A stretch of DNA of 64,000 nucleotides from a virus (taxonomy: Duplodnaviria; Heunggongvirae; Uroviricota; Caudoviricetes). Below are positions 21,488 through 31,205 of the stretch, in pieces. Made by a program: the position numbers and the translations under genes. The stretch lies in IMG/VR virus record IMGVR_UViG_3300034157_000063. One strand, written 5' to 3'. Each line of letters begins with the position of its first letter. The stretch's first letter is position 1. Below the pieces are notes generated by a model, which saw only the letters and a program-made list of their open reading frames with translations, had not been told where the DNA came from and made no database searches.

Positions 21488-22141
21488 ATGGGTAAGGGTC
21501 ATCGTAAATACATTAGTCTAATGGAACTGCATAATGACAATGTAGAAAAGCAGCTTATTGAAAAAGATTCCTACTGGGGTTATTTGGAGATTCATGGCTG
21601 TACAGAAGATGACTATCTTTATTATGAAGATTGTGCAGAGTCCTATTTTTTAGATAAACATATCTATTTGGTGGGTGATTTTAATGAAAAGCATCAACTC
21701 GTAAAACATGAATTGCCTACGCCTGTACTAAAATATCACAATGAAGTCTATTACGAAATTGACTTCAATGATCTCAATAAAGAATCAAATCATCCAATGA
21801 TTTCGTTACTAATGGAACACTTTGATATTTTATCCACAGTTAAGATGTTTAAAATATACTTTATGTTTCATCAACGAGCATGGAGCAATAGAGAAGTGCC
21901 TGAGTTTGAGGTTATCTTGTCTGTTGATAAGAATGGTATGCTTTACCATAGACCATCTGTTTTCAAATTAAGTACTATTTTGGACTTGAAAGCTCCAGAG
22001 TATGCTGATACTGCTTTTAAGAAAATGTTGTTTCATGATATTGAACGCCGTCCAAGAGTTTATGAAGGTTTTCATGATATTGAAGATCTTATCAACAACT
22101 TTGAAACCTATTCATGGATGGTTGACGCAATTACTTATTGA
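21488..22141 (+). CDS. orphan protein with variant C-terminal tag
   Basis: 217 aa, ends FETYSWMVDAITY. Confidence 0.7.
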   Translation: MGKGHRKYISLMELHNDNVEKQLIEKDSYWGYLEIHGCTEDDYLYYEDCAESYFLDKHIYLVGDFNEKHQLVKHELPTPVLKYHNEVYYEIDFNDLNKESNHPMISLLMEHFDILSTVKMFKIYFMFHQRAWSNREVPEFEVILSVDKNGMLYHRPSVFKLSTILDLKAPEYADTAFKKMLFHDIERRPRVYEGFHDIEDLINNFETYSWMVDAITY

Positions 22142-22196
22142 TCTATCCCCCATTTTTTGTTATAATAGCCTCACTTAAACGGTAAGGATATTATTC

Positions 22197-23354
22197 ATGA
22201 TTGAGCAACTTGTAAAACAATTCATCGCTAAATACGATTTTGATAACTATGTCATCGCATACAGTGGTGGTGTTGATAGTCAAGTGCTTCTTCATGCCTT
22301 CGCTAAAATCGTTCCAGAAAAGGTTATTGCCTTTCATGTCAATCATGGTATTTCCGATAATGCTAAAACATGGCAAGACTTCTGCTCAGCAACGGCTCAG
22401 TCGCTTTCCGTAGACTTCAAATTTGAAAAATTCAACCTTTTGGGGGAAAGTAATCTTGAAGACAAAGCTCGAAAAGCTCGCTACGGTGCTTTTGAAAGCG
22501 TTATGAATGATCGCACTGTTCTTGTGACAGGACATCATATGGATGATCAGGTTGAAACCTTCATGTTGAATCTTATGCGTGGTGCTGGTCTGGATGGTTT
22601 GTCATCTATGCCTGAAATCAAATCGTTTGGCGAAGGTTTTCATGGTCGCCCTTTCTTGTCTATCGGAAAAGAAGAACTAACAGAATACGCTGTTTCCGAA
22701 GGTTTGCAGTGGGTTGAAGACGAAAGTAACAAAGACAGTGTATATGACCGTAATTTCATTCGAAACGAAGTGGTTCCACTGCTTAAAACTCGTTGGAAGA
22801 ATGCATCTTCATCTATTTGCAACAGTGTTGAACATATTCAGAATGCAAAACAGTATATCGACAATAATGTGAAAATGTTTGATACCGAATCTGATACTAT
22901 CAGTATTCAAGCGTTGCAAGAAGTTAATGATTATGAGCAAGTTCAAATTGTTCGTAAGTGGGTGGCTAATCATATTGGTCAGTCAGCTTCTCAAAACATG
23001 TTGAATACTATTTTTAATGAAATTATTCCAGCTCGTGATGACGCTAAAATGAAGTGGGAACAAAAGAACTATTTCATTACTCGTTACAATGGTGAACTGC
23101 ATTTTGTTAAAAAAGAAAAAAAGGACTATGACATTGCTCGTATCTTGACTGACGCTGGATTTGATATTCCAGTTAATGAAGTAGTTGTCAAAAATCGTGT
23201 GAATGGAGCCACTATTAAACAAGGTAACATCCATAAAGAGGTTAAGAAGTTGTTTAGTGAGTTAAAGGTTCCAACATGGTTGCGTGAAGATATGCCGTTT
23301 ATCTATCACAATGATGAACTGATTTCAGTGGGTGGGATTATCAACAGAAAATAA
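22197..23354 (+). CDS. tilS: tRNA(Ile)-lysidine synthetase
   Basis: AYSGGVDS, HVNHG, ARKARY, GHHMDDQVETF, RPFL, WVEDESN, RNFIR, C-terminal KKLFSELKVPTWLR. Confidence 0.95.
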   Translation: MIEQLVKQFIAKYDFDNYVIAYSGGVDSQVLLHAFAKIVPEKVIAFHVNHGISDNAKTWQDFCSATAQSLSVDFKFEKFNLLGESNLEDKARKARYGAFESVMNDRTVLVTGHHMDDQVETFMLNLMRGAGLDGLSSMPEIKSFGEGFHGRPFLSIGKEELTEYAVSEGLQWVEDESNKDSVYDRNFIRNEVVPLLKTRWKNASSSICNSVEHIQNAKQYIDNNVKMFDTESDTISIQALQEVNDYEQVQIVRKWVANHIGQSASQNMLNTIFNEIIPARDDAKMKWEQKNYFITRYNGELHFVKKEKKDYDIARILTDAGFDIPVNEVVVKNRVNGATIKQGNIHKEVKKLFSELKVPTWLREDMPFIYHNDELISVGGIINRK

Positions 23355-23373
23355 AAAAGACCCGAGGGTCTTT

Positions 23374-23913
23374 TTATCTTCTTTCTTCATCTCTTTTCGA
23401 GTATTTGTAGTTAATTTCTAACTTCATTAACTCTTTTATTATCTTCTTGTTTATACCATCAGTAAAGATTACATAAAGACCATTTTCTTTATACTTGTAT
23501 CTTTTAACAATCTTGTCCACTTCATAAATTAACGATGGATCATTAGACTCTTTCTTCAATTTTGTTACTATTTTGTTGATATCATCTTCACTTACAGCTA
23601 CATATTGTTTAAATGTTTCCCCGTATATTTTTCCGTAGAATAATATTGTTATCTCTCGAATAATTATAGACAAAGAGATAATCAAAAAAGAAACACCAAA
23701 TACAATTTTAGTAATGTCAATAAAAGTAATATCAGCATAACTCTCAGATCTTGAATAAAGATACGAACCTGCCAACACAGCAATAGCCGTTACATACAAA
23801 GTGTAACGGCATATTATTTCGACAGCATTGTAAAACTTATTAAAAAACCGATATTCAAACAAGTGGCGTAGATGATTATCTAGTTCTGAGAGGACTACAC
23901 TTTTATTATCCAT
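23374..23913 (-). CDS. membrane protein (two TM segments)
   Basis: Two hydrophobic stretches; GAGG RBS before ATG 23913. Confidence 0.6.
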   Translation of the reverse strand: MDNKSVVLSELDNHLRHLFEYRFFNKFYNAVEIICRYTLYVTAIAVLAGSYLYSRSESYADITFIDITKIVFGVSFLIISLSIIIREITILFYGKIYGETFKQYVAVSEDDINKIVTKLKKESNDPSLIYEVDKIVKRYKYKENGLYVIFTDGINKKIIKELMKLEINYKYSKRDEERR

Positions 23914-24012
23914 ATTTTCCTCACTCTGTTTACTTTCTCTGTTCACAATTATATTCCTTTTGTTTTCAAATACAAGTACCATTGATCCTTTTTGCACCAA
24001 ATTGTACAGATA

Positions 24013-24477
24013 TTAAAAGCCTAACCTCTCTATTATAGGTCTTTCACTTATTAATTCATTTACATATTTTATTTGATCATCTATTTCTAAGAGCTTTTGA
24101 TTCTTAGAATCTTCTGTTTTTATGTTGATATTGTCTAGTGCAGCATCGAGTGACGTGTATAATTCGTCTTCTTTACTGGTAATCATCTCAACCTTTTTAG
24201 GATCAGCGGCGTAGGTTTCTTTTATGTGATTAATGGCACTGTTGTATTTCAATTTTTCAGTCTTGATAACAATTCTGTTATGGGTCAATGTATAATAATA
24301 AATGTAGTCAACTCTTTCCTTTGTTGCTTCCAATTCTTTTCTATATTCTTTCAATTCCTTGACACTACTGTCAGTATTGATATCTAGTCCAACTATTTCG
24401 CTACCGCATTTAACGCCAGCAAATGATGTGCTTACTGATAAAGCAAGCAATGAACCTAAGACTATCTTTTTAATCAT
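24013..24477 (-). CDS. exported helical protein
   Basis: Signal peptide MIKKIVLGSLLALSVSTSFA. Confidence 0.7.
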   Translation of the reverse strand: MIKKIVLGSLLALSVSTSFAGVKCGSEIVGLDINTDSSVKELKEYRKELEATKERVDYIYYYTLTHNRIVIKTEKLKYNSAINHIKETYAADPKKVEMITSKEDELYTSLDAALDNINIKTEDSKNQKLLEIDDQIKYVNELISERPIIERLGF

Positions 24478-24594
24478 GATAACTCCTTAAAAGCTATTGG
24501 TTACTTGTCAAGATAACATAGATTACTATTTTTTCAATCCTTTTGACATATAGCCTTCAACGTGTTAAAGTAGGCTTGAGAAAAGGAGACTATT

Positions 24595-24837
24595 ATGTTA
24601 GATATATTAGATAGTGTTAGAAAAAGTATGGCACTTTCAAACGAAACAAAACTTAATATTGACAACTCCAGTCATGTCAATAAAGCGATTGCAATATATA
24701 AACGTACATCAGGTGAAGTCTCTCATTCAGAACAGTTGTTACTTGATCCAAATTATGTGAATGAAGTGCAATCTGTATCAAATGCTCCAGAGGCGGAAAA
24801 TAACAAGATTGGTACTTTGATAAATATTTACGTTTAA
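24595..24837 (+). CDS. small protein with C-terminal G-x-x-I-N-I-Y-V motif
   Basis: AAGGAG RBS, upstream TTGACA; ends KIGTLINIYV. Confidence 0.65.
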   Translation: MLDILDSVRKSMALSNETKLNIDNSSHVNKAIAIYKRTSGEVSHSEQLLLDPNYVNEVQSVSNAPEAENNKIGTLINIYV

Positions 24838-24987
24838 ACAAAGACCGCAACAAAATGTCTAAAAGATAAGACAAGCCCTTGTTTTTCCTTTTATTTTATG
24901 AGTTTTTTAAATTTATTTTTTATTCTGCCATCATTGACTAATTGTTAATAATGTTTAAAATAAAATTAAGGACAAGGAGATAAAAGT

Positions 24988-25539
24988 ATGAGTGCAATAA
25001 TCACATACAGTCACATAGACAACAATAAGAACATGAAAATATCTACACATGCTATAGATAGCTTGGATAGTTACTTGAAGTTTGTTTTAGCCAATAAAGA
25101 ATACATGGTATGGGCTAATTTAACAGACGTAATTAACGGCGATGTAATCGAACAATACGTTAACATTAAAAACTATCAAAATAGCGGTTTAGACAATGCA
25201 CAGTTATCATTGAAAGGAAAAAATGCTTACATTTATAAAAGAGTGTATCTAATCCATAAACTAGAATTCCAAAATGTTATTGATTTCATTAAAGAAACCA
25301 ACAAACCATTTCATGATAAACTTGTTGATACAAAAGCGTTCAAGATTATGCCATTGACTCATTTCTTTAAAAACAAAGTATCCAGTCAATTCTACATATT
25401 CCCAGCCGATATCTACGACATCACAATGGGTGAATTTACATTAAATCTAGATGTTGCAGAACTCGCTGACTTCCAAGAAATGATCCCGATTGCAAAAGAA
25501 ATATTTATGGATGTGGATGAAACTGAAACTATTACTTGA
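24988..25539 (+). CDS. hypothetical protein
   Basis: 183 aa, AAGGAG RBS. Confidence 0.75.
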   Translation: MSAIITYSHIDNNKNMKISTHAIDSLDSYLKFVLANKEYMVWANLTDVINGDVIEQYVNIKNYQNSGLDNAQLSLKGKNAYIYKRVYLIHKLEFQNVIDFIKETNKPFHDKLVDTKAFKIMPLTHFFKNKVSSQFYIFPADIYDITMGEFTLNLDVAELADFQEMIPIAKEIFMDVDETETIT

Positions 25540-25545
25540 CCAGTA

Positions 25546-25839
25546 ATGTCGAATCTAGTAAACTACTTCCTTTTGATAAGGAAGTTTTTTATGTCCAATT
25601 TCTGGGTCGAACAAGTCAATATTGCAACAAAAAAACCAACTAATAAAATGGAGTCTTTCGAAATGATTAAGGTCGGAAAAAATTTTCTGATGGAATATTC
25701 TGTGTCTGGTGGTAAGATCCGTGTAAAGAGAGTGGTTAAAGTCGTGGGGGAAGATAATTTCTGTTATTATGTTAACACTGGCTATTTAACTAACATTGCT
25801 ATTTACAAAGATGACATCGTTGATGCGGTAGAAGTTTAA
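25546..25839 (+). CDS. hypothetical protein
   Basis: ORF; true start probably the internal MSNFW. Confidence 0.6.
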   Translation: MSNLVNYFLLIRKFFMSNFWVEQVNIATKKPTNKMESFEMIKVGKNFLMEYSVSGGKIRVKRVVKVVGEDNFCYYVNTGYLTNIAIYKDDIVDAVEV

Positions 25840-25888
25840 AAGAAATAAAAAATGTGATATACTGTTCTTAAATTAAGGACATCATGAT

Positions 25889-26308
25889 ATGCAAAAACAA
25901 ATTACACTACTTATCGGTTTGCCGGGTTCTGGTAAATCAGACTATATCAGTAAGAACTTCAACAAAGGTGAATATACTGTTGTTGATGATCCTCGCAAAG
26001 CTGGTGACATCCCTTTGGATTTTGATAATCATTTAATTATTGCTGATTGTCACCTCTGTCGTGAACAATCTATGAATGGATTTAAGACCTTTGCAGAAAA
26101 GAATTTTCCTAACATTCCAATCAATTATATATACTTCGAAAACAACCCAGAACAGTGTTTTAAGAATGCTGCCTTTAGAAATGATGGCAGAATAGTTGAG
26201 CCTACAATTCGTCATATGTCTAAGACCTATAACATACCAGAAGGCATTACGCCTATTCCTGTATTCGATACAGATAAATTGAAAAGGAAAAAGAAGCTTA
26301 AACTTTGA
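25889..26308 (+). CDS. P-loop kinase (AAA_33/polynucleotide-kinase-like) with Lys-rich tail
   Basis: Walker A LLIGLPGSGKS; lid C.KNAAFR; ends KRKKKLKL. Confidence 0.75.
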   Translation: MQKQITLLIGLPGSGKSDYISKNFNKGEYTVVDDPRKAGDIPLDFDNHLIIADCHLCREQSMNGFKTFAEKNFPNIPINYIYFENNPEQCFKNAAFRNDGRIVEPTIRHMSKTYNIPEGITPIPVFDTDKLKRKKKLKL

Positions 26309-26360
26309 CATATCTTAAAAAAATGTTAATCTTTAAAGTTATAATTATTGGAGTTAATGA

Positions 26361-26867
26361 ATGAAAATTAGAAAAATTAGTGTGCTTGTATTGGTGTCAG
26401 CAGTCTGTTTTGCTTTATATGTATCACCTTACATTGCCTTACATAATCTCTTTATGTCTATTAAAGAGGAAAAGATAAGTATCCTTAATTATTTCGTAGA
26501 ACCTGTTACAGTGGAAAACAATATATACAATAGATATTCTAAAACATTGTTTGGTAATGTGGATGAAAGCACCTTAGATAGCAATGCAATAAAATCAAAA
26601 AGAAATATGGAAAGCTCTATTAAGTTTGGTATTGATGTCATTGTTGAACCAGAGAACATTGCAATATTAGTTGAATCGTTAAGAACAGGCAAAACCCCAG
26701 ATGGTAAAAAATTACACTCATCTTATGAGTATGAAGGATTAAATAGATTCGTTATCAATTTTGAAGTGGAAGGAAAGGCCCAACAAGTTGTATTCAGTCG
26801 TCGTTATTTGTTTACATGGATTATCACTGATTTAGTCTTTCCAACAGAACTTACTGCAATACAATAA
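26361..26867 (+). CDS. DUF2939-like membrane-anchored protein
   Basis: N-terminal TM, then YVSPYIAL; C-terminal YEGLNRF...FSRR..TWIITD. Confidence 0.55.
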   Translation: MKIRKISVLVLVSAVCFALYVSPYIALHNLFMSIKEEKISILNYFVEPVTVENNIYNRYSKTLFGNVDESTLDSNAIKSKRNMESSIKFGIDVIVEPENIAILVESLRTGKTPDGKKLHSSYEYEGLNRFVINFEVEGKAQQVVFSRRYLFTWIITDLVFPTELTAIQ

Positions 26868-26942
26868 AAAAAGCCCTGATGGGCTTTTTTGTTATTTTTG
26901 TTATGTACTAGATAGCGTTCATTTCAACTAATTTTAATTCAT

Positions 26943-26993
26943 CTAGAAGACTGGTGCAAACATAATCTTCAAGAAAAATTTAATTTTTGACAT
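26943..26993 (-). CDS. putative 16-aa peptide MSKIKFFLKIMFAPVF
   Basis: AAGGA RBS just upstream; stop codon lies in a CTAGAT/ATCTAG stem. Confidence 0.35.
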   Translation of the reverse strand: MSKIKFFLKIMFAPVF

Positions 26994-27062
26994 GTTAATT
27001 CCTTAAAAAAATAACCTATCCCTATTGGATACATAAGGATAGATTATTAATAGATAGTGTTT

Positions 27063-27602
27063 TTAATCAATGCGATTGATGGCCGACAGCAAAGAATCCA
27101 CAGCAGAACGTAGTGCATTAGAGCTTTCACCTACACCCCAGTAAATCTTTTGACTGTCATTGTCGATAATACCCATTAATGTCATCACCTTGGCTTCTGA
27201 GGTTACAATATCTTTATAACCTTCTTTCAATGAAGTCACAGCACTGGAACCATAGTGAAAAATCTCAATATTCTTTTTGAGTTCAGTCTTGGTGGCTTTA
27301 AATAATGAGTCAATAGCACCCATGCCAACATAACCCTCAAATTTACGCTCATCACCATTGGAATAGAGTGGTTTTGCTGGATCAATCACCAAGATGCTGC
27401 CTTTAAATTTGACTAGACCATAACTATCAACCAATTCATAATCGTTTAGAATGTATCGTGTCACTTTTCTCAAATAGTTTGCTTTGATAATTTCAACAGA
27501 AGTCTCAATATTTTTTGCACCCAATTTAACAAGTTCATCAACAAATCCATTAGGGAAGTAAAGTTGATAATGGTCTTGTAGTTCATTTTTTAATTTATTC
27601 AT
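27063..27602 (-). CDS. stand-alone 2-isopropylmalate synthase (LeuA) C-terminal regulatory domain
   Basis: GMGAIDSL...YGSSAV...EAK...WGVGESSNALRSAVDSLLSAINR follows the LeuA allosteric domain pattern; no TIM barrel. Confidence 0.7.
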   Translation of the reverse strand: MNKLKNELQDHYQLYFPNGFVDELVKLGAKNIETSVEIIKANYLRKVTRYILNDYELVDSYGLVKFKGSILVIDPAKPLYSNGDERKFEGYVGMGAIDSLFKATKTELKKNIEIFHYGSSAVTSLKEGYKDIVTSEAKVMTLMGIIDNDSQKIYWGVGESSNALRSAVDSLLSAINRID

Positions 27603-28147
27603 AAGATCTCCTTTGGCGTTTCAAGTTCGATTAGTTTGACTTCGACATAATTATTACCTACTTTCACAGGTGTCATTTCATTTGGTTTAAATTTTTGAAT
27701 AATAGTATACTTTTTGAATACTTTTTCGCCTAATTCTAAACTACAATTTTCATCAATCTTGTAAAGTTCATTTTTACTTTTTTCAGGAATCATAAAAATC
27801 ATGAGAGTTTCAATAGACTCACCGACTTGTTTAATAGGGTAAACAGTCATTTGGTATTCACTATTTTCAGAGAGATCTATTTGTTTTAGACCTGATGTGT
27901 ATAAATCACCATCTTCGTATACAGGAGCTTCATCTTTATAAGCACAATCGACTGTATTTCGATAACTAATATACATAGGTTTTTGCATGAAAGCAAACAC
28001 ACTGACAGCAATATTGTATTCATCTGATATCACTTGATAACTCAGTGTAGGATAATTGTCTTTTACAGGTTCTTCAGCACCTACATATTGAGAAAAAATG
28101 GTAGTAGCAGCAAGCATTATTGACAGCATAATTTTATTTATTTTCAT
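27599..28147 (-). CDS. exported protein
   Basis: AAGGAG RBS, signal peptide ending VGA|EE, two Cys. Confidence 0.65.
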   Translation of the reverse strand: MKINKIMLSIMLAATTIFSQYVGAEEPVKDNYPTLSYQVISDEYNIAVSVFAFMQKPMYISYRNTVDCAYKDEAPVYEDGDLYTSGLKQIDLSENSEYQMTVYPIKQVGESIETLMIFMIPEKSKNELYKIDENCSLELGEKVFKKYTIIQKFKPNEMTPVKVGNNYVEVKLIELETPKEIL

Positions 28148-28274
28148 AATTATACTCCTTTTGCACGATAATACCACTTCGGCCTCTCTAAATCAACTAA
28201 AAACTTAAAAATTGCTTTGTTATTTTATTTATATCTAAAATATGGTAAAATGATAAAAAACAAAAAGAAATAAT

Positions 28275-29765
28275 ATGTCTAAATTTGATAAAATCTCGAA
28301 TATACGAGAAAATTTTGATGATACACTTTACCAAGTAGAAGAATTTAAAACCACGAAAGGTCTTTTGTATGACTTTGGAAATTACATAAAAGAAAATAAA
28401 GCTGTTTTGATAGGGTTATTAGCCGCAACGAGCATTAACGCACTGTCTCAATTATCTGTTATTAAAGATATGGATTTTGGAGCTTTGCTCTCATCACAAA
28501 CCCAATATGAAACCGTTATTCAACAGCAATCAAGCCCTATGCCCACTGAAATTGTTGTTAAATCTGATTTCTCTGGATTGGATGTGAAATCAAATCTTGC
28601 TACTTTTCAGGAGACTATTGATTTATCTAATAAAATTGTAAACACCAATTATATTGGCAAAGAAGTCCCATCACTCAGCTCAGCAGGTATAGAACAACTT
28701 AAAACCATGCCAGAACGCACACCGTTAGCGTTTAAAAACCCATTTTGGGAAAATAACGTCATTGAACTAGAAAACACCCCTATCAATTCGGCTTACTATC
28801 GTGATGGCGATGTGGAAGTGACTGCAGATCTTCATTCAGCGGCTGTTTTAGCCAACAACACAGCAGAACGTATTGTTATTAATTTTAAAGAGGTTAATGA
28901 TATAATTAATTTCATAGGCGTTCAGCCAGAAGATCATGACTTGATAACTAAGTATGTTGTGTATCATGAAGCAGCACATGGTTCATTTTATCAATCTCGT
29001 GAGTTCAATATTCAGAATCAGGTCGATAAAAGAGAAGTTGACTTAGAACTTCATTCCGATATGGCGACAGTGATGATGTTGGGAGCTGAATCCAAAAGTT
29101 TGCAAGAGTTTAATAAGTTGGCTGACTATGCAATAGACTTCAGAATGAAGAGAATGGAAAAAACTATTTCTCACAACACAACTTATGGTATAGCAGAGCT
29201 TAAACAATTAGTTAATAAAAATCCTGATTTACTCAATATGAAACCAAGCGATATAGCTTCATTTACTGGAATTCTGGCTAAACAGATATCAAACCACAAA
29301 TTCACACCAGAACAATTAGCTGGCTTAAAAGATTCAGGGGTTGATTTCTCTGTTGCAAAAATCATGAAGGATATTAATGAAGGCAATAATGATCCTCTTT
29401 ACAATGAGTGGGGAACAAAAGTGGGAACATTTACTGTTGAAAAAATGAGAGAGGTTCCTAATGAAGCTAGACAAGAAAAAGTTGCTAAAAGAATGTCTAA
29501 AGTTTTTGAGTCAGATTCAAATTATGATGTTGTAACATCCATGATGAATGCTCATAATAAATGGGATCATAAAAAAACGGCACAAGAGTTAAATGAATTT
29601 GTGAAAAATCACTCAATATTAGATCAAGGCATGAATGCTGCGATTGATTACAAAGTTCAAATGGAAACCTTATCAAGCTTGAAAAATAACCAACAAGCGT
29701 TTAGTCAGAAACAGCAAAGTGTGGCAGAAGTTAAACAATCGACACAAAATACGTTTAAGATTTAA
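28275..29765 (+). CDS. putative zincin-type metallopeptidase domain protein with N-terminal hydrophobic segment
   Basis: VVYHEAAHG (HExxH) and downstream ELHSD; ends QNTFKI. Confidence 0.5.
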   Translation: MSKFDKISNIRENFDDTLYQVEEFKTTKGLLYDFGNYIKENKAVLIGLLAATSINALSQLSVIKDMDFGALLSSQTQYETVIQQQSSPMPTEIVVKSDFSGLDVKSNLATFQETIDLSNKIVNTNYIGKEVPSLSSAGIEQLKTMPERTPLAFKNPFWENNVIELENTPINSAYYRDGDVEVTADLHSAAVLANNTAERIVINFKEVNDIINFIGVQPEDHDLITKYVVYHEAAHGSFYQSREFNIQNQVDKREVDLELHSDMATVMMLGAESKSLQEFNKLADYAIDFRMKRMEKTISHNTTYGIAELKQLVNKNPDLLNMKPSDIASFTGILAKQISNHKFTPEQLAGLKDSGVDFSVAKIMKDINEGNNDPLYNEWGTKVGTFTVEKMREVPNEARQEKVAKRMSKVFESDSNYDVVTSMMNAHNKWDHKKTAQELNEFVKNHSILDQGMNAAIDYKVQMETLSSLKNNQQAFSQKQQSVAEVKQSTQNTFKI

Positions 29766-29832
29766 AAAAAAGCTTTGCCTAAATTAAGCAGTTGTGATAT
29801 TATAATCATCTAAATAAATGAGAGGAACTTAT

Positions 29833-30561
29833 ATGAAATTGAGAAACGTTTTGGTTATGTTGTTTGCATCGGCTCTTAGCGTCAGTGCTTCGGCAGCTAA
29901 CAACAGTATTGATAGTTTTAGTGAAGCGAAGCGAGTGCTTTATACTAAAGTCTATAAAGCAAGTGAAGATAACAAAGAATTCTATTGTGGTTGTGATATT
30001 CAGCGACAGGGTAAAAAATTGGTTCCTGACCTTGAAAGTTGTGGTTATCAAAACCGTAAAGAAGGCAACCTTAGTCGTGCTCAACGTATTGAAGCAGAAC
30101 ACATCGTTCCAGCCGCTCATATTGGTGCTCAGAACAAATGTATGATTGAGAACAAATCCCGCAAGGATAAGCGTGCTTACTGTGAGAAAACAGACCCAAC
30201 CTTCCGTCAAGCTTACATTGACTTGCATAACCTTGTGCCAGCCGTAGGTGAAGTCAACATGGATCGAAGCAACTTCCGTTTCGCTGCTCTTACCAGCACT
30301 GACTTTGTTTACGGTCAATGTGATATGAAGATTGACTTTAAAGGTAAGGCCGTTCAACCACCAGCTAATGTTCGTGGTGACGTAGCAAGAACCTACTTCT
30401 ACATGTCTGAACGTTATGGTATCCGTATCAGTGACGCACAACGTAAATTGTTTGAAGTGTGGAACAAGCAAGACCCAGTTGATCAATGGGAACGAGTTAA
30501 GAACAAACGCATCAAAGAAGTTCAAGGTAACTCAAATAAATATATTGAAAACCTAGATTAA
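29833..30561 (+). CDS. endA: periplasmic/extracellular endonuclease I (EndA/Vvn/Dns family)
   Basis: Signal peptide; FYCGC, IEAEHIVPA, DLHNLVPAVGEVNMDRSN, RGDVARTYFYM, WNKQDPVDQWE. Confidence 0.92.
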   Translation: MKLRNVLVMLFASALSVSASAANNSIDSFSEAKRVLYTKVYKASEDNKEFYCGCDIQRQGKKLVPDLESCGYQNRKEGNLSRAQRIEAEHIVPAAHIGAQNKCMIENKSRKDKRAYCEKTDPTFRQAYIDLHNLVPAVGEVNMDRSNFRFAALTSTDFVYGQCDMKIDFKGKAVQPPANVRGDVARTYFYMSERYGIRISDAQRKLFEVWNKQDPVDQWERVKNKRIKEVQGNSNKYIENLD

Positions 30562-30576
30562 TTCAAAAAGCATACC

Positions 30577-30604
30577 AAAAAGCCCCTTTCGAGGGGTTTT
30601 TTTT
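30577..30604 (+). terminator. intrinsic terminator after endA
   Basis: AAAAAGCCCCT-TTCG-AGGGGTTTTTTTT. Confidence 0.85.
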
Positions 30605-30609
30605 ATGAT

Positions 30610-31190
30610 TATAATTTTTTTTAGATCTTTTTTTATAACAATGACACTATGTTTTTCAACCATTTTATTTTTTAAGGTAGGATCTAAAGTGATGACATTA
30701 ATCCGTAGAACTATTAGTTTATATAGGCTGCATGAGATTCAGTTATCATATTTTTTTTAGTATTTTATTGCCTCGGTATAGCTTTTTTTAGATCTTTAGC
30801 AATGGATCGTTAGTCTAATTTACTCTTTTTACCACCCCTGACTATAATGCCTACAGCTCTTCAAGCTTCTTGCTTCGCATCAGCTTTCGAAGCATGACGT
30901 GGACTACGCCACTATGCTTTTCGCTGCCCCACATCGGGGAAGATCTTTTTGTTTGTTGCTGTTTTTCAAACATCCCCTGCACAAAACATTTGTACTCACG
31001 GCAAAAGCCTCGTTTCAAGAAAAAATAAATAATTATGGGTAACCTAAAAAAATGAATGCTTATTGGAAAAGCAAGATCAACATCAAGAACTTCTGGGGTT
31101 TAAAAGCTTTTGTTCTTTGGTGAGGGTAGATATCTTCTTTCATTCTTAGATATCCGTAGGCAATAAAAAACCCCATTTACATGAGGTTTA
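30610..31190. other. long non-coding region with GATC cluster and GC-rich mini-hairpins (origin-like candidate)
   Basis: About 640 bp between convergent genes; GATC at 30624, 30681, 30791, 30805, 30942, 31075. Confidence 0.35.
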
Positions 31191-31205
31191 GTTTTGTAGA
31201 TTTAT

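Noticed and set aside
21830-21838. Perfect DnaA box TTATCCACA
   Set aside because: Single copy inside a coding region; compatible with chance.
29806-30525. 239-aa antisense ORF over endA, and similar shadow ORFs over nadE, tilS, the invasin, the MCP and 60345
   Set aside because: They lie opposite well-supported genes, have no RBS or motifs, and are explained by codon bias on the coding strand.
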